Positions 38,397 through 47,986 of a stretch of DNA of 64,000 bases are shown one piece after another. Positions within the stretch are counted from its first letter, which is position 1. Every line of letters starts with the position of its first letter. Under the pieces are notes generated by a model. The model was not told the DNA's origin and ran no database searches. It worked only from the letters and a program-made list of their open reading frames with translations. This stretch comes from Candidatus Daviesbacteria bacterium GW2011_GWA1_41_61 (GTDB lineage Bacteria > Patescibacteriota > Microgenomatia > Daviesbacterales > UBA10151): NCBI GenBank assembly GCA_000997385.1, contig LCBT01000003.1:128892-192891 (forward strand). The letters run 5' to 3'. The position numbers and the translations under genes are program-made.

Positions 38397-38861
38397 ATGA
38401 AAAGATTAAGTAGGGGTTTTTCCCTGATCGAACTTTTAATTGTTGTCAGCATCATTATCATTTTAATCACCATTGCGGTTTCTTCTTATTCCGGTTTTCA
38501 AAAAAATTCCCGCGATGTTAAAAGGCAAACTGATTTAAAGATTATCCAAAGCGCTTTGGAGCAGTATCATGCTGACCAAAGCTATTATGCCAGCAATTCT
38601 GCTATGGTTGCTGCTACCTTAAGCGGGCTTACAAGCGGTTTAAAGACGTATCTAAGGGTTTTCCCTAAAGATCCTAAGGCTGACAGTGACTTAACTTTTA
38701 AATACCTTTATGAAGCTTCCCCCTCGGGATGTCAAAATGATCCGGTATTAAAAAATTACTGCACCGGGTATCGGATGTGCGCTAAACTGGAAACTACTCC
38801 TTCCGGCAGTATTTGTTCTTTTGACGGCTCACTCAACTATGAGGTTACGCCTCAACTCTAG
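38397..38861 (+). CDS. Pilin-like protein (minor pilin 2)
   Basis: ORF track 38352..38861. The likely start is MKRLSRG|FSLIELLIVVSII at 38397. Confidence 0.7.
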   Translation: MKRLSRGFSLIELLIVVSIIIILITIAVSSYSGFQKNSRDVKRQTDLKIIQSALEQYHADQSYYASNSAMVAATLSGLTSGLKTYLRVFPKDPKADSDLTFKYLYEASPSGCQNDPVLKNYCTGYRMCAKLETTPSGSICSFDGSLNYEVTPQL

Positions 38862-38882
38862 CAACTCTTTTCCCGATGTGAT

Positions 38883-39371
38883 ATGTTAGATTTAATGCCT
38901 TACTCTAGAGGTTTTACCATATTAGAACTTTTAGTGGTTATCTCTATCATGATACTGCTTAGCGTGCTGGGACTTTCTGTTTATGGCAATGCTCAAAAAA
39001 ACAACCGGGATCAAGCCCGCCTGCTGGATCTAAATACTATTAGTCAATATTTAGAGCTTTACCGCCATGATCAACTTTATTACCCTCAAAACTTTAATCC
39101 ATCTATTGATAACCAATTGCAGGCTCCGGATGGTCGGGTTTATTCCGATGATATACCCAAAGATGTCGATGCCAACCGCAAATATGTTTACAGTGCTGCA
39201 GATTGTGTTACCGTAGGTGGCCAGACTAAATGTTACAGTTATATTCTTTGTGCCAAACAGGAAGGAGGCATGACTTTTACTGATCCTTTAGTGGGGAGTG
39301 TCAAGTGTAGCGACCTAACTTGTGGCAGCTCCCCCGCTTACACTTGTACCATGGGGGTTTCATCTGATTAA
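38883..39371 (+). CDS. Pilin-like protein (minor pilin 3)
   Basis: ORF track. The motif is MPYSRG|FTILELLVVISIM. Confidence 0.7.
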   Translation: MLDLMPYSRGFTILELLVVISIMILLSVLGLSVYGNAQKNNRDQARLLDLNTISQYLELYRHDQLYYPQNFNPSIDNQLQAPDGRVYSDDIPKDVDANRKYVYSAADCVTVGGQTKCYSYILCAKQEGGMTFTDPLVGSVKCSDLTCGSSPAYTCTMGVSSD

Positions 39372-39372
39372 T

Positions 39373-39957
39373 ATGGCTGAATGTTTAACTGTCAGAAAAA
39401 AAGGCTTTACCCTTTTGGAGTTGATGTTGGTAATCGGTATTATCGCCGGACTAGTGGCTTTAATCTTGCCTAAAATGAATAATTTTCAAAAGTACCAAAA
39501 ACTTGATGATACTGCCCAGCAACTGCAGTCCCATATCCGTCTGGCCCAAAATCAGGCTTCAAGCGGGGTTAAATGCCTCTCCGGAGCCCGGGCTAAGAAC
39601 TGGTCTTTGGTACTGGAGAATACCCGCAGTTATAAAATAGTCCCTCAATGCACCGACGGGACGGACAAACCAACGACCGTCTATTCTTTACCTGCCGAAA
39701 CAGAGATATTAACTTTAGAGGTTGTTACCGCAGCCGGCAGTTGCAGCGATACAAGCAAAGTTTTTGCCGGGTATTCACTGATCTTTGATAATATTACCGC
39801 CGATACCAATTTTAATATCCCCGAGGTTTCCCCTTGCTTCAGTTATACTGCCCAGCCGGTTAAAAACCTTGGTGTGTTTTTAACGCTCTCTGCCTTACCA
39901 ACTGAATTTACTTCAGTAGTGGTTCAAAAGGGTGGCGGTATTTATGTCAGCAACTAA
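39373..39957 (+). CDS. Pilin-like protein (minor pilin 4)
   Basis: ORF track 39322..39957. The likely start is MAECLTVRKKG|FTLLELMLVIGII at 39373. Confidence 0.7.
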   Translation: MAECLTVRKKGFTLLELMLVIGIIAGLVALILPKMNNFQKYQKLDDTAQQLQSHIRLAQNQASSGVKCLSGARAKNWSLVLENTRSYKIVPQCTDGTDKPTTVYSLPAETEILTLEVVTAAGSCSDTSKVFAGYSLIFDNITADTNFNIPEVSPCFSYTAQPVKNLGVFLTLSALPTEFTSVVVQKGGGIYVSN

Positions 39958-40477
39958 AATGATGAGAAAACAGTTGGGACAAAGTCTGGTTGAAGTTTTA
40001 ATTGCCTTAGTAGTGGTGACAATACTGTCTTCGGCTTTGATTGTTGCCATTATTACTGGTTTAAAAAATTCCCAATTTGCCCAAAAACAGACTCAGGCAA
40101 CCAAATACGCCCAGGATGCTATGGATAGAATCAGGACCATTAGGGATAGGGACGGTAATGTAACATTTAAGGGTACGACCGCCACCTTTTCCGCTTTGTG
40201 GAATATGAATATGTCATACCCGACTAATTGTAATGGTCCCTGCTATTTTAAATTAGTTGACACAGGGGGTGAGATTTCTCTTACTGATAGTGGAGTAAGT
40301 TCTTCTTACTGGGAGAGTTTAGGAGAAAGTTTATCCCGGCAGATTATCTTTGAAGATATATCTACGGGAACTCCTCCGCTTTATCAAAGTGAGAAGGATC
40401 TAACTGTCAGAGTTAAATGGACAGATACCAGCGGGGACCATGAATCATACCTGCAGACTACTTTAACTAAATACTGA
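39932..40477 (+). CDS. Pilin-like protein (minor pilin 5; Gln at +1, PilV/GspI-like)
   Basis: ORF track. The motif is ...MRKQLG|QSLVEVLIALVVV with Glu+5. The true start is probably an internal Met near 39956. Confidence 0.6.
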   Translation: MAVFMSATKMMRKQLGQSLVEVLIALVVVTILSSALIVAIITGLKNSQFAQKQTQATKYAQDAMDRIRTIRDRDGNVTFKGTTATFSALWNMNMSYPTNCNGPCYFKLVDTGGEISLTDSGVSSSYWESLGESLSRQIIFEDISTGTPPLYQSEKDLTVRVKWTDTSGDHESYLQTTLTKY

Positions 40478-41151
40478 TGAAAAAACCGGGGTTTACCCTA
40501 ATTGAACTGATTATAGTAGTGAGTATCATAGTCCTTTTGGGACTGATTTTTACTGATATTTTAGTCCAGACTTTAAGGGGACAAAATAAGGTGAGGATTT
40601 TAAACCAGGTTAAGCAAAACGGTCAGGTGGTCATGGAAAAGCTTTCTACCAGTATCCGCCAGGGCGGAGAGGTCAAATGTGTCGGAGATTTAGAGGATGA
40701 TAGTGATACTATTGATGATACTATTACCATGTTTAAACCCAGCGGCTATTCCCCCAATCAGGGTACCTATATCAGGTTTAGATTAATAAGACCTGTGGCC
40801 AATACTACCAACGGTTATTTAACTGAGGAGTATTTCACGGATAAAGAGCAAAGCAGTCAGGGGTTTACTGATTCGCAGCTTTGTATCAAAAGGGTTGATC
40901 TGGGTTTTAAAAGCTATCTGACGGACTTGGATACCATCAAAGGAGTCTCGGTAGATCATTATTCGACTGATGAAGCCAGCTTCAGCCCTTTATTTAAAAA
41001 GATTGAAAAAAAGGGGTACAATGATGCTATAACAGTAACCTTTAGACTGTTTCCCGGAGTCAAAGTTGGAGCAGGAGCTTATGAGGCAGACGTTAAGGAA
41101 GGAGGTATTCCGGTATTTACCACTACGGTACAGCTTCGGCGTTCGTGGTGA
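40477..41151 (+). CDS. Pilin-like protein (minor pilin 6)
   Basis: ORF track. The motif is MKKPG|FTLIELIIVVSIIVLLG. Confidence 0.7.
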   Translation: MKKPGFTLIELIIVVSIIVLLGLIFTDILVQTLRGQNKVRILNQVKQNGQVVMEKLSTSIRQGGEVKCVGDLEDDSDTIDDTITMFKPSGYSPNQGTYIRFRLIRPVANTTNGYLTEEYFTDKEQSSQGFTDSQLCIKRVDLGFKSYLTDLDTIKGVSVDHYSTDEASFSPLFKKIEKKGYNDAITVTFRLFPGVKVGAGAYEADVKEGGIPVFTTTVQLRRSW

Positions 41152-42119
41152 TTTTAAAAAAAGAAATGCGGAAAAGTTTTCATCAAAAAGGGCAAGTCAT
41201 AATTATTTTATTACTGGTGATGGTAGTCTCACTGGCCGTGGCTTTATCTATTGTCGGCCGCAGCATTAATGAGATCTCTACCTCCAAAAAAACTGAAGAT
41301 TCTTCCCGGGCTTTTTCGGCTGCTGAAGCCGGGATTGAGAAGGTCTTAAAGTTAGCCACTCCTCCGGGTGTTGCTGTCCCGGTAAATTTTCCTAATTTAG
41401 CTACTGCTTCAGCCGAATTCTATAAACTGCCTGTAGGCAATAATGCCTTAGAACACCCTCCCATTGGTAAACCATCTTTTGCCCAGTTTTGGTTTGCCGA
41501 TCCGGATAAAGATAATGACCCCTTGGATGGTGTTCCTGATGCTTTTTATGGTTTTGCCTCAGGCGGAGTTAAACCTTTAAACACTTTTAATATTTATTTT
41601 GGTATCCCTCAGGCCTATACTGATGCGGCAGACAAACCGGCCATTGAAATTGACTCGATTGTTTGGAATACCGCCACTGCCACTCCCCGCTTTGAAAGCC
41701 GGCGCAGTTGGATAGAGACGGAAGAGCCGACAGCAAGAGGCACTAATTTTACTAAATGTACCAGCGTTGACAGCAGCGGAGATAGTAATAGGGTTTTAAC
41801 AAACAATAATACTATAGAAAGCGAGTTTTATTGTAAACATACTATTTCCTATGCCAGTGCTTCAGAGAATATTGCCACCTCATCCGGTGTTTATTTAGTA
41901 ATGGCTCGGGTGAGGATTTTATACAGCAGTTTAAATCACCCGGTAGCAGTCAAACCGACTGGTAATGCTAATGACGTTTTGCCACCTCAGGCTAATATCT
42001 ATAAATCAACTGGTGAAGCTGGAGAAGCCCAGAGGGTACTACAAGTTTTTCGCCAAAGAGAAGTAATGCCTCACTTTTTTGATTTTGTCCTCTTTTCGGA
42101 AGCACCTATTAATAAGTAG
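41145..42119 (+). CDS. PilX_N-domain minor pilin-like protein (324 aa)
   Basis: ORF track. The motif is ...HQKG|QVIIILLLVMVVSLAVALSIVGRSINEISTSKKTEDSSRAFSAAEAGIEKV, with the PilX N-terminal 'AFqAAEAgl' signature and no Glu+5. Confidence 0.6.
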   Translation: MVILKKEMRKSFHQKGQVIIILLLVMVVSLAVALSIVGRSINEISTSKKTEDSSRAFSAAEAGIEKVLKLATPPGVAVPVNFPNLATASAEFYKLPVGNNALEHPPIGKPSFAQFWFADPDKDNDPLDGVPDAFYGFASGGVKPLNTFNIYFGIPQAYTDAADKPAIEIDSIVWNTATATPRFESRRSWIETEEPTARGTNFTKCTSVDSSGDSNRVLTNNNTIESEFYCKHTISYASASENIATSSGVYLVMARVRILYSSLNHPVAVKPTGNANDVLPPQANIYKSTGEAGEAQRVLQVFRQREVMPHFFDFVLFSEAPINK

Positions 42120-42132
42120 CAAAGGATTGATC

Positions 42133-42567
42133 ATGGTACTGCCCAGCACAATTAGAATTAAACCTTCATCCCAGTCAGGAATTTCTTTAATTGAACTTAC
42201 TTTGGTGGTAATGCTTGTTTTGGCATTAGCCATGGTTGTGGCTAATCTACCATCGTGGACAGCTTCGATTACCGGCAGCAAATACAATTCCATCGCCCGG
42301 GAGGTAGCCAGTAAGAAGATTAATTATTTAAGAAAGAACCTCTATAGTAAAAATTTGCCTAATGGGACAACTGTTTTTTCTGACGAGAGTTTAACTAAGA
42401 TACCCTCCTCCACAGCTTCCTATAGTATTGAGGACTGTTCTGAAGACATTTGTTTAAATGATGAACAGGTTAAAAAAGTAACTGTCCAAATTAACTGGAA
42501 AGAACGAGCCGAGAATAAATTTTTAGAGCTTGTGACTTTAGTAGGTGTAGGAGGTGTTGGACAGTGA
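42133..42567 (+). CDS. Pilin-like protein (minor pilin 8)
   Basis: ORF track 42079..42567. The motif is ...SQSG|ISLIELTLVVMLVLALA with Glu+5. The likely start is MVLPST at 42133. Confidence 0.55.
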   Translation: MVLPSTIRIKPSSQSGISLIELTLVVMLVLALAMVVANLPSWTASITGSKYNSIAREVASKKINYLRKNLYSKNLPNGTTVFSDESLTKIPSSTASYSIEDCSEDICLNDEQVKKVTVQINWKERAENKFLELVTLVGVGGVGQ

Positions 42568-43127
42568 AAGGTCTGACTTTAGTTGAGATGCTGATTGTGA
42601 CGGCTGCAGCCCTAATTGTGGGAGTTATGCTGGTGACGCTTTTAGTCAACAATAGCGGATTTTTTTACAAACAATCGTCCATTATTGATCAGGGATTAAG
42701 TTTAAATGAGGGGCTGCAGGAGATTGATAAAAATATCCGTCAAGCGGTAAAGGTAGCTGTGGGGTACCCTGAGGACAGTCCCCTTTATACCACCAGCAGC
42801 CAGACCTTAGTTTTAAAAATGCCGGCTTTGGGGCCTTCGGAGGTTATCAGTGATACTTATGATTATACAGTGGTCAATATTGATGCAGCTGAGGATAAAA
42901 TTTTAAGGTTACAGGTTTTTCCTAATCCCTTAAGCACCAGGAAAAGCCAAAGCCTGGTTTTAACTAAGGCACTAAGCTCCATAACTTTTAACTACTTAGA
43001 TAATAATGACACTGTGGTGAGTGCTAATATAGCTACGCAAGTGGAGGTAATTTTGTCAATTTTAGAGAACAATGGGCCTCAAAGTTCGTTCCGGACTTCT
43101 AAGGCAGTGACTAGTTTAAGGAATTGA
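42564..43127 (+). CDS. Pilin-like protein (minor pilin 9, PilW-like)
   Basis: ORF track. The motif is MKG|LTLVEMLIVTAAALIVGVML with Glu+5. Confidence 0.65.
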   Translation: MKGLTLVEMLIVTAAALIVGVMLVTLLVNNSGFFYKQSSIIDQGLSLNEGLQEIDKNIRQAVKVAVGYPEDSPLYTTSSQTLVLKMPALGPSEVISDTYDYTVVNIDAAEDKILRLQVFPNPLSTRKSQSLVLTKALSSITFNYLDNNDTVVSANIATQVEVILSILENNGPQSSFRTSKAVTSLRN

Positions 43128-43131
43128 AACT

Positions 43132-44913
43132 ATGCAAAAAGGACAGATTTTTGTTCTGGCTTTAATTGTTTTGGGTCTTATTTTAACCATGACTTTAGTC
43201 ATTATCAGCGGGGCGATGAATTTTTGGGTTAACAGCCGCTACTCCCTTCAGTCAGCTCAGGCAATCAATTTAGCTGAAGCCGGTTTGGATAAAGCGATTA
43301 CTTCTTTAAATGCCCAAGGAGGAGCTTACTTTGGCCAGGGGGAAACATTTTTTGGACCTGGTTCCTTTGAAATTACAGTTACAACTTTAGCTAATGGATC
43401 TAAAAATGTAGAGTCCTGGGGGTTTGTTCCCTCCAAAGCCCAGCCAAAATCTAAAAAGCAAGTTAAAGCCACGGTTTCCCGGGGTTTAGGGGCGGCTTTT
43501 TATTATGGCATCCAAGTTGGTGAGGGTGGGTTAATAATGTCCGAAAACAGCCAGGTTACGGGAGTAGGCAGCAATGTTGGCTCGGTTTATTCTAATGGAA
43601 ATATTATCATGCAGAATAACTCAGGCATTACCGGGGATGTTTATGTGGCCGGCGGTATCCAACCGACTGCTAACCAACAAAGTGCTTGCTCATCAGTTTG
43701 CAGCGATTTTATCTTTGGGACTAATGTCAGCGGTCAGGACATTTTGGACACCGCCCAAAGTTTTAAGCCTACTTTAAGTAGTGTTTTGAATAAGGTCAAG
43801 TTAAGGCTTAAAAAATATGGTTCCCCTCCCGATCTGGTAGTAAGGATTTTAGCTGACAGTAGCGGGAAGCCGGATAAAAATAATATCCTCTCCTCAGGCA
43901 CCTTACTGGCTAGTACAGTAACAGGCACCTATGGTCTAGCCGAGGTGGTCTTTACCTCTCCACCTTTTTTGAATGCTGATACTACTTATTGGATATTGCT
44001 TGACACTTCTTCCAGCTCAACTAACTATTGGGCTTGGTCGGCAGACTCCCTTCAAGGTTATACCAGGGGCTTGGCTAGTTGGACCTCTCATTGGCTGGCA
44101 GCCAATGCTACTTGGACTCAAGTAAACTTTGATCTGGATTTTGAAACCTATATGGGAGGAGTACCAACATATATAAACGGCAGCAACGGGGTGAATATTG
44201 GCGGTGATGCCCATGCTAACACTTTGCGTAACTTAAATATTGGCGGAGGAGCTTATTATCAAATAGCTGAGGATATTAACGCTTCGAGTACTTATCCGGG
44301 GTCATCTGATCCTGTAGCTCAGCCGATGCCTCTGTCGGAGAGTAACATCAGCCAATGGAAAAACACTGCCTCCTCATCGGCAGTTTACAGTGGTGACATC
44401 ACTACCTGTCCCTCCACTTTGGCAGCTGGGAAATATGTTGGTTCCATCTCCCTGCCTTTAGGTTGCACTGTCACTGTCGGTTCACCGATCTGGATTACCG
44501 GTAACCTGGCTTTAAGCAACAATAATACTCTAAGGCTAGATCCGGCCTATGGTGATTCCAGCGGAGTGGTGATGGTTGATAACTTTATCACCTTGGAAAA
44601 TGGCAATAGATTGCTTGGCAGCGGTACCCCCGGGAGCTATTTGATTGTTCTTTCCGAGTTTAACAGCCGTGACGACCCGGAGGGACGGGATGCCATCTCT
44701 TTAAATAACTCCGATAATTCCGGCATCATCTATACTAATTTAGGTAGTATTATGGTTGCCAACAACAACAATATGACGGAAATTACCGCCTGGAAGCTTA
44801 AATTGATGAACAATGTGGTAGTCAGGTATGACCAGGGATTGGCTAACAGCTTCTTTTCTTCAGGTCCTTCCGGAGCTTATTCTTTAATTAAGGGTACTTA
44901 CCAGATAAGATAA
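43132..44913 (+). CDS. Large (593 aa) pilus-associated protein with PilX_N-like N-terminus and Gly/Asn-rich repetitive (beta-helix-like) body; a candidate tip adhesin
   Basis: ORF track. The motif is MQKG|QIFVLALIVLGLILTMTLVIISGAMN...QSAQAINLAEAGLDKAI. The body shows NGSNGVNIGGDAHANTLRNLNIGGGAYYQ repeats. Confidence 0.55.
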   Translation: MQKGQIFVLALIVLGLILTMTLVIISGAMNFWVNSRYSLQSAQAINLAEAGLDKAITSLNAQGGAYFGQGETFFGPGSFEITVTTLANGSKNVESWGFVPSKAQPKSKKQVKATVSRGLGAAFYYGIQVGEGGLIMSENSQVTGVGSNVGSVYSNGNIIMQNNSGITGDVYVAGGIQPTANQQSACSSVCSDFIFGTNVSGQDILDTAQSFKPTLSSVLNKVKLRLKKYGSPPDLVVRILADSSGKPDKNNILSSGTLLASTVTGTYGLAEVVFTSPPFLNADTTYWILLDTSSSSTNYWAWSADSLQGYTRGLASWTSHWLAANATWTQVNFDLDFETYMGGVPTYINGSNGVNIGGDAHANTLRNLNIGGGAYYQIAEDINASSTYPGSSDPVAQPMPLSESNISQWKNTASSSAVYSGDITTCPSTLAAGKYVGSISLPLGCTVTVGSPIWITGNLALSNNNTLRLDPAYGDSSGVVMVDNFITLENGNRLLGSGTPGSYLIVLSEFNSRDDPEGRDAISLNNSDNSGIIYTNLGSIMVANNNNMTEITAWKLKLMNNVVVRYDQGLANSFFSSGPSGAYSLIKGTYQIR

Positions 44914-44914
44914 T

Positions 44915-45961
44915 GTGATAATATATAAATATATGGCTGATTTTGTTACCGGTTTGGATATTGGGACTTCTTCCATTAAAGCTGTGGTTTTATCCCACAA
45001 AAGTAAGCCGGCTAAATTGGTAGCCTTTGGCAGCATAGCTGCTCCCCAGCCTGGGATGATCTCTGATGCCGATGTGGATCTGGAGACAGTAGCTTCGGCC
45101 ATTAAAAACCTTTTGAGTTCAGTGAAAACTCCCTCCTCTTCAGTGGTGGTTGCTTTGCCGGAATCAAAAATTTTTACCAGAGTAGTCAGTGATTTCCCCT
45201 ATCTTTCGGACGGAGAAGTGGCTTCGGCTATTCGTTATTCAACAGAAGAGTTTGTGCCTCTTCCCGCTGATCAAGTCAGCCTCTATTGGCAGGTTATCGG
45301 CAGATCAAAGGACCGCAATAACACTACTGTTTTTGTGGTAGCTTCTCCTAAAAATACGGTTTCCAAATACCTGCGGGTGTTAGAATTGGCTAAACTGAGG
45401 CCTCAAGCCCTGGAAACGGAGCTGATTGCCGCAACCAGAGTTTTAATAGGGAGCAATGAGTTTGCTCCCACAACCTTGATTATCAACTTTGGAGCCAACT
45501 CTACTGACTTTGCCGTGGTTTCCAAGGGGTTGATCTTACTGACCCGTTCCATTGCTACTGGAGGGATGGCTTTAACCCGGGCTATTGCCCAGTATCTTAA
45601 TTTTGAACCCCTGCAGGCCGAGGAATATAAAAAGGTTTATGGGTTGTCCCAGGAGCAGCTGGGAGGTAAAATCCATCAGGCCCTAAAACCTTTAGTAGAT
45701 ATTATCGTTACTGAGTCGCAAAGAGTCATTCAGTCCTTCCAAACCAAGTACACTCAAAATCCAGTTAAACGGATGGTCTTGTCCGGGGGTGGGGCCAAAA
45801 TGCCTGGGCTGGTAATATATCTGGCCAACAATTTAGGGATGGAAGTACAAGAAGCTGACCCTTGGGCTTCTATTCAAAAGGATCGCAGCATCGAAAGCAA
45901 ATTGGAAGAGAATACTGTTCAGTATGTGGTAGCTGTTGGCCTGGCTCTACGTGAGGGGTAA
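44915..45961 (+). CDS. pilM: Type IV pilus assembly protein PilM (actin-like ATPase fold)
   Basis: ORF track. VTGLDIGTSSIKAVVL is the phosphate-1 motif and VLSGGGAKMPGL is the phosphate-2 motif. Confidence 0.85.
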   Translation: MIIYKYMADFVTGLDIGTSSIKAVVLSHKSKPAKLVAFGSIAAPQPGMISDADVDLETVASAIKNLLSSVKTPSSSVVVALPESKIFTRVVSDFPYLSDGEVASAIRYSTEEFVPLPADQVSLYWQVIGRSKDRNNTTVFVVASPKNTVSKYLRVLELAKLRPQALETELIAATRVLIGSNEFAPTTLIINFGANSTDFAVVSKGLILLTRSIATGGMALTRAIAQYLNFEPLQAEEYKKVYGLSQEQLGGKIHQALKPLVDIIVTESQRVIQSFQTKYTQNPVKRMVLSGGGAKMPGLVIYLANNLGMEVQEADPWASIQKDRSIESKLEENTVQYVVAVGLALREG

Positions 45962-45979
45962 ACTTAGCCAGTAAAAATT

Positions 45980-46546
45980 ATGGATAGTCAAACCGTCAAT
46001 ACTTCCAGACCTGCTTTTAACCTACTTCCGGAAGATCTTCTTCTGGAGAGAAAACACAGCTCTAAACTCGTTTTTGTCAACAGGCTCAGTATTGTGGTTT
46101 TGGTGCTGATTGTTCTCTTTGCCTCCGGAACTTTAATGTTAAGGCTTTCCCAAGAAGCTCCCCTAAAAAAAGCTCAGGAAACCTTGTCCGGGGCAGAGAG
46201 TAAAATAACGGCGCTTAAAGACAGAGAATCTCAGCTGCTTACTTTGAAACAACAACTGGGTTTGATTGACAGCCTAAGTGGTGGAGATACCAAAAAGAGG
46301 GCTGTTTTTAATCTGATGGTTCTCTCTCTCCCTTTTGAGACACAAATATCTGATCTAGGAGTTGATAAGAATGGGCAGATGGAGGCCGTTTTAAGCTCTG
46401 TTTCGGTTGATTCCTTGGAAACACTTTTGGTAAATTTAACTAATCAAGAAAAAAATTCTGACCTGATCAGGAAGATAGAGTTAAACAGTTTAGCTGTGGG
46501 TAAAGACGGGCAATATAGATTTTCTCTGAGTATTACGCCAAAATGA
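45980..46546 (+). CDS. pilN: PilN-like bitopic inner-membrane pilus assembly protein
   Basis: ORF track. FNLLPEDLL is the hallmark INLLP motif, followed by one TM and a coiled coil. Confidence 0.75.
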   Translation: MDSQTVNTSRPAFNLLPEDLLLERKHSSKLVFVNRLSIVVLVLIVLFASGTLMLRLSQEAPLKKAQETLSGAESKITALKDRESQLLTLKQQLGLIDSLSGGDTKKRAVFNLMVLSLPFETQISDLGVDKNGQMEAVLSSVSVDSLETLLVNLTNQEKNSDLIRKIELNSLAVGKDGQYRFSLSITPK

Positions 46547-46565
46547 AGAAGGAGAAAAGCAGTCG

Positions 46566-47267
46566 ATGTTAGGTCTAGAGAAATTTTACGAAAAATATAA
46601 ACTTTGGCTGTGGCCAGTCTTTGTGGCTGCGGCTGCAGTGGGGATTGTGACAGCGGTGATAATCCCTCAGTTCCTGGACTATCTAAAACTGAGAGAAGAG
46701 ATAGTGGTCATCAGTGATAAGTCTGCTCAGCTTGCTCAGAGGGCTCAGCAGATGGAAGCAATTGATCAAGTGGCAGTTAAAGAGGGTTTAAAAGTGGTCT
46801 TTACGGTTTTACCCGGTGATCAAGATGTCTCAGAAGCCCTCTCATCTTTACAGGAGTTAGTCAACCGGTCGGGGTTAATCTTAAAATCAGTGTCGTATGC
46901 TTCGGCAAAAAGACCATCTTCAGATAAAGATAGCTTTCAACTAAACACGACTGTTTTGGGGCCTATCAGCTCGGTGAAAGATTTTTTGATTAATCTTAAG
47001 GAAGGTTCCCGGGTTTTTCGGGTTGACGCTATCGGCGCTAGGTTTCAAAAGGATGGGGTTATTGTGGAGTCAGATATTCCCATATCAGTTTTTTATACTG
47101 CTGCTCCGATTGCTTCGGTTGTGGCTTTAGATCAGCCGGTGCCTCAATTTACCCCCAGAGAAAGTCAACTTTTAAGCAAATTATCTAAAATAGTCTCCGA
47201 GTCTTTACTTAGTACCACTGACGAGACTGCGTCTGTGCCTTTAGGTAAAGCTAACCCTTTTGAATGA
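46566..47267 (+). CDS. pilO: PilO-like pilus assembly protein
   Basis: ORF track. It has one N-terminal TM (LWLWPVFVAAAAVGIVTAVII), a coiled coil, and a position after pilN. Confidence 0.6.
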   Translation: MLGLEKFYEKYKLWLWPVFVAAAAVGIVTAVIIPQFLDYLKLREEIVVISDKSAQLAQRAQQMEAIDQVAVKEGLKVVFTVLPGDQDVSEALSSLQELVNRSGLILKSVSYASAKRPSSDKDSFQLNTTVLGPISSVKDFLINLKEGSRVFRVDAIGARFQKDGVIVESDIPISVFYTAAPIASVVALDQPVPQFTPRESQLLSKLSKIVSESLLSTTDETASVPLGKANPFE

Positions 47268-47270
47268 AGG

Positions 47271-47966
47271 CTAGCTTTTTAAAAGATCAGGACGGATTTT
47301 TTGGGTTTTCTCAAGGGACTGTACTTTCCGCCAGTGGGCAATTTGTTGATGGTTGCCGGAAAGTAAAACCTTAGGCACCCGGGAATTTTCAAAACTTTCT
47401 GGTCTGGTGTATTGAGGATATTCCAGTATCCCGGCGTTTAGCTTGGCGAAGCTTTCATCTTCAGTCGCTGCCTCTTTTTTAAGAACTTTAGGGATCAGCC
47501 TGACTGTAGCATCAATAACCACCATGGCTGGCAGCTCTCCTCCGGTTAAAACATAATCCCCAATAGAGATCTCTTCATCAACATAAGTTTCAACAAACCT
47601 TTGGTCTACCCCCTCATAATGCCCGCAAACGATCATCAGATGATCAAATTGAGTAAACTTTTGGGCTTTGGACTGTTTAAAAGGAAATCCTGAAGCAGAC
47701 ATTAAAATAGTATATGGTTTATGGTTTGCGGTTTGTGGTTTGGCGGCAGCCTGCCAGGCTTTGGCTAAGACATCCGGTTTTAAGACCATCCCCGGACCTC
47801 CTCCAAAAGGCCGATCATCAACTACTTGATGTTTACCCTCTCCAAATTGTCTTAGGTCAAGCAAATTGTATTCCACCAAGCCTTTATCTTTAGCTCTTTT
47901 CAAAATTGAAGTATTCAGTACAGGTTCAAAAATCTCTGGGAATAAAGTGATGACAGTTATTTTCAT
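47271..47966 (-). CDS. trmD: tRNA (guanine37-N1)-methyltransferase
   Basis: ORF track. MKITVITLFPEIFEP ... DDRPFGGGPGMVLKP ... ISIGDYVLTGGELPAMVVIDATVRLIP are present. Confidence 0.9.
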   Translation of the reverse strand: MKITVITLFPEIFEPVLNTSILKRAKDKGLVEYNLLDLRQFGEGKHQVVDDRPFGGGPGMVLKPDVLAKAWQAAAKPQTANHKPYTILMSASGFPFKQSKAQKFTQFDHLMIVCGHYEGVDQRFVETYVDEEISIGDYVLTGGELPAMVVIDATVRLIPKVLKKEAATEDESFAKLNAGILEYPQYTRPESFENSRVPKVLLSGNHQQIAHWRKVQSLEKTQKIRPDLLKS

Positions 47967-47986
47967 TTGTTTAGGATGAGGCAGAA

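Noticed and set aside
41066-41269. A 67-aa ORF spanning the junction of two minor pilin genes
   Set aside because: It is an alternative frame across a gene boundary, with no class III signal and no SD.
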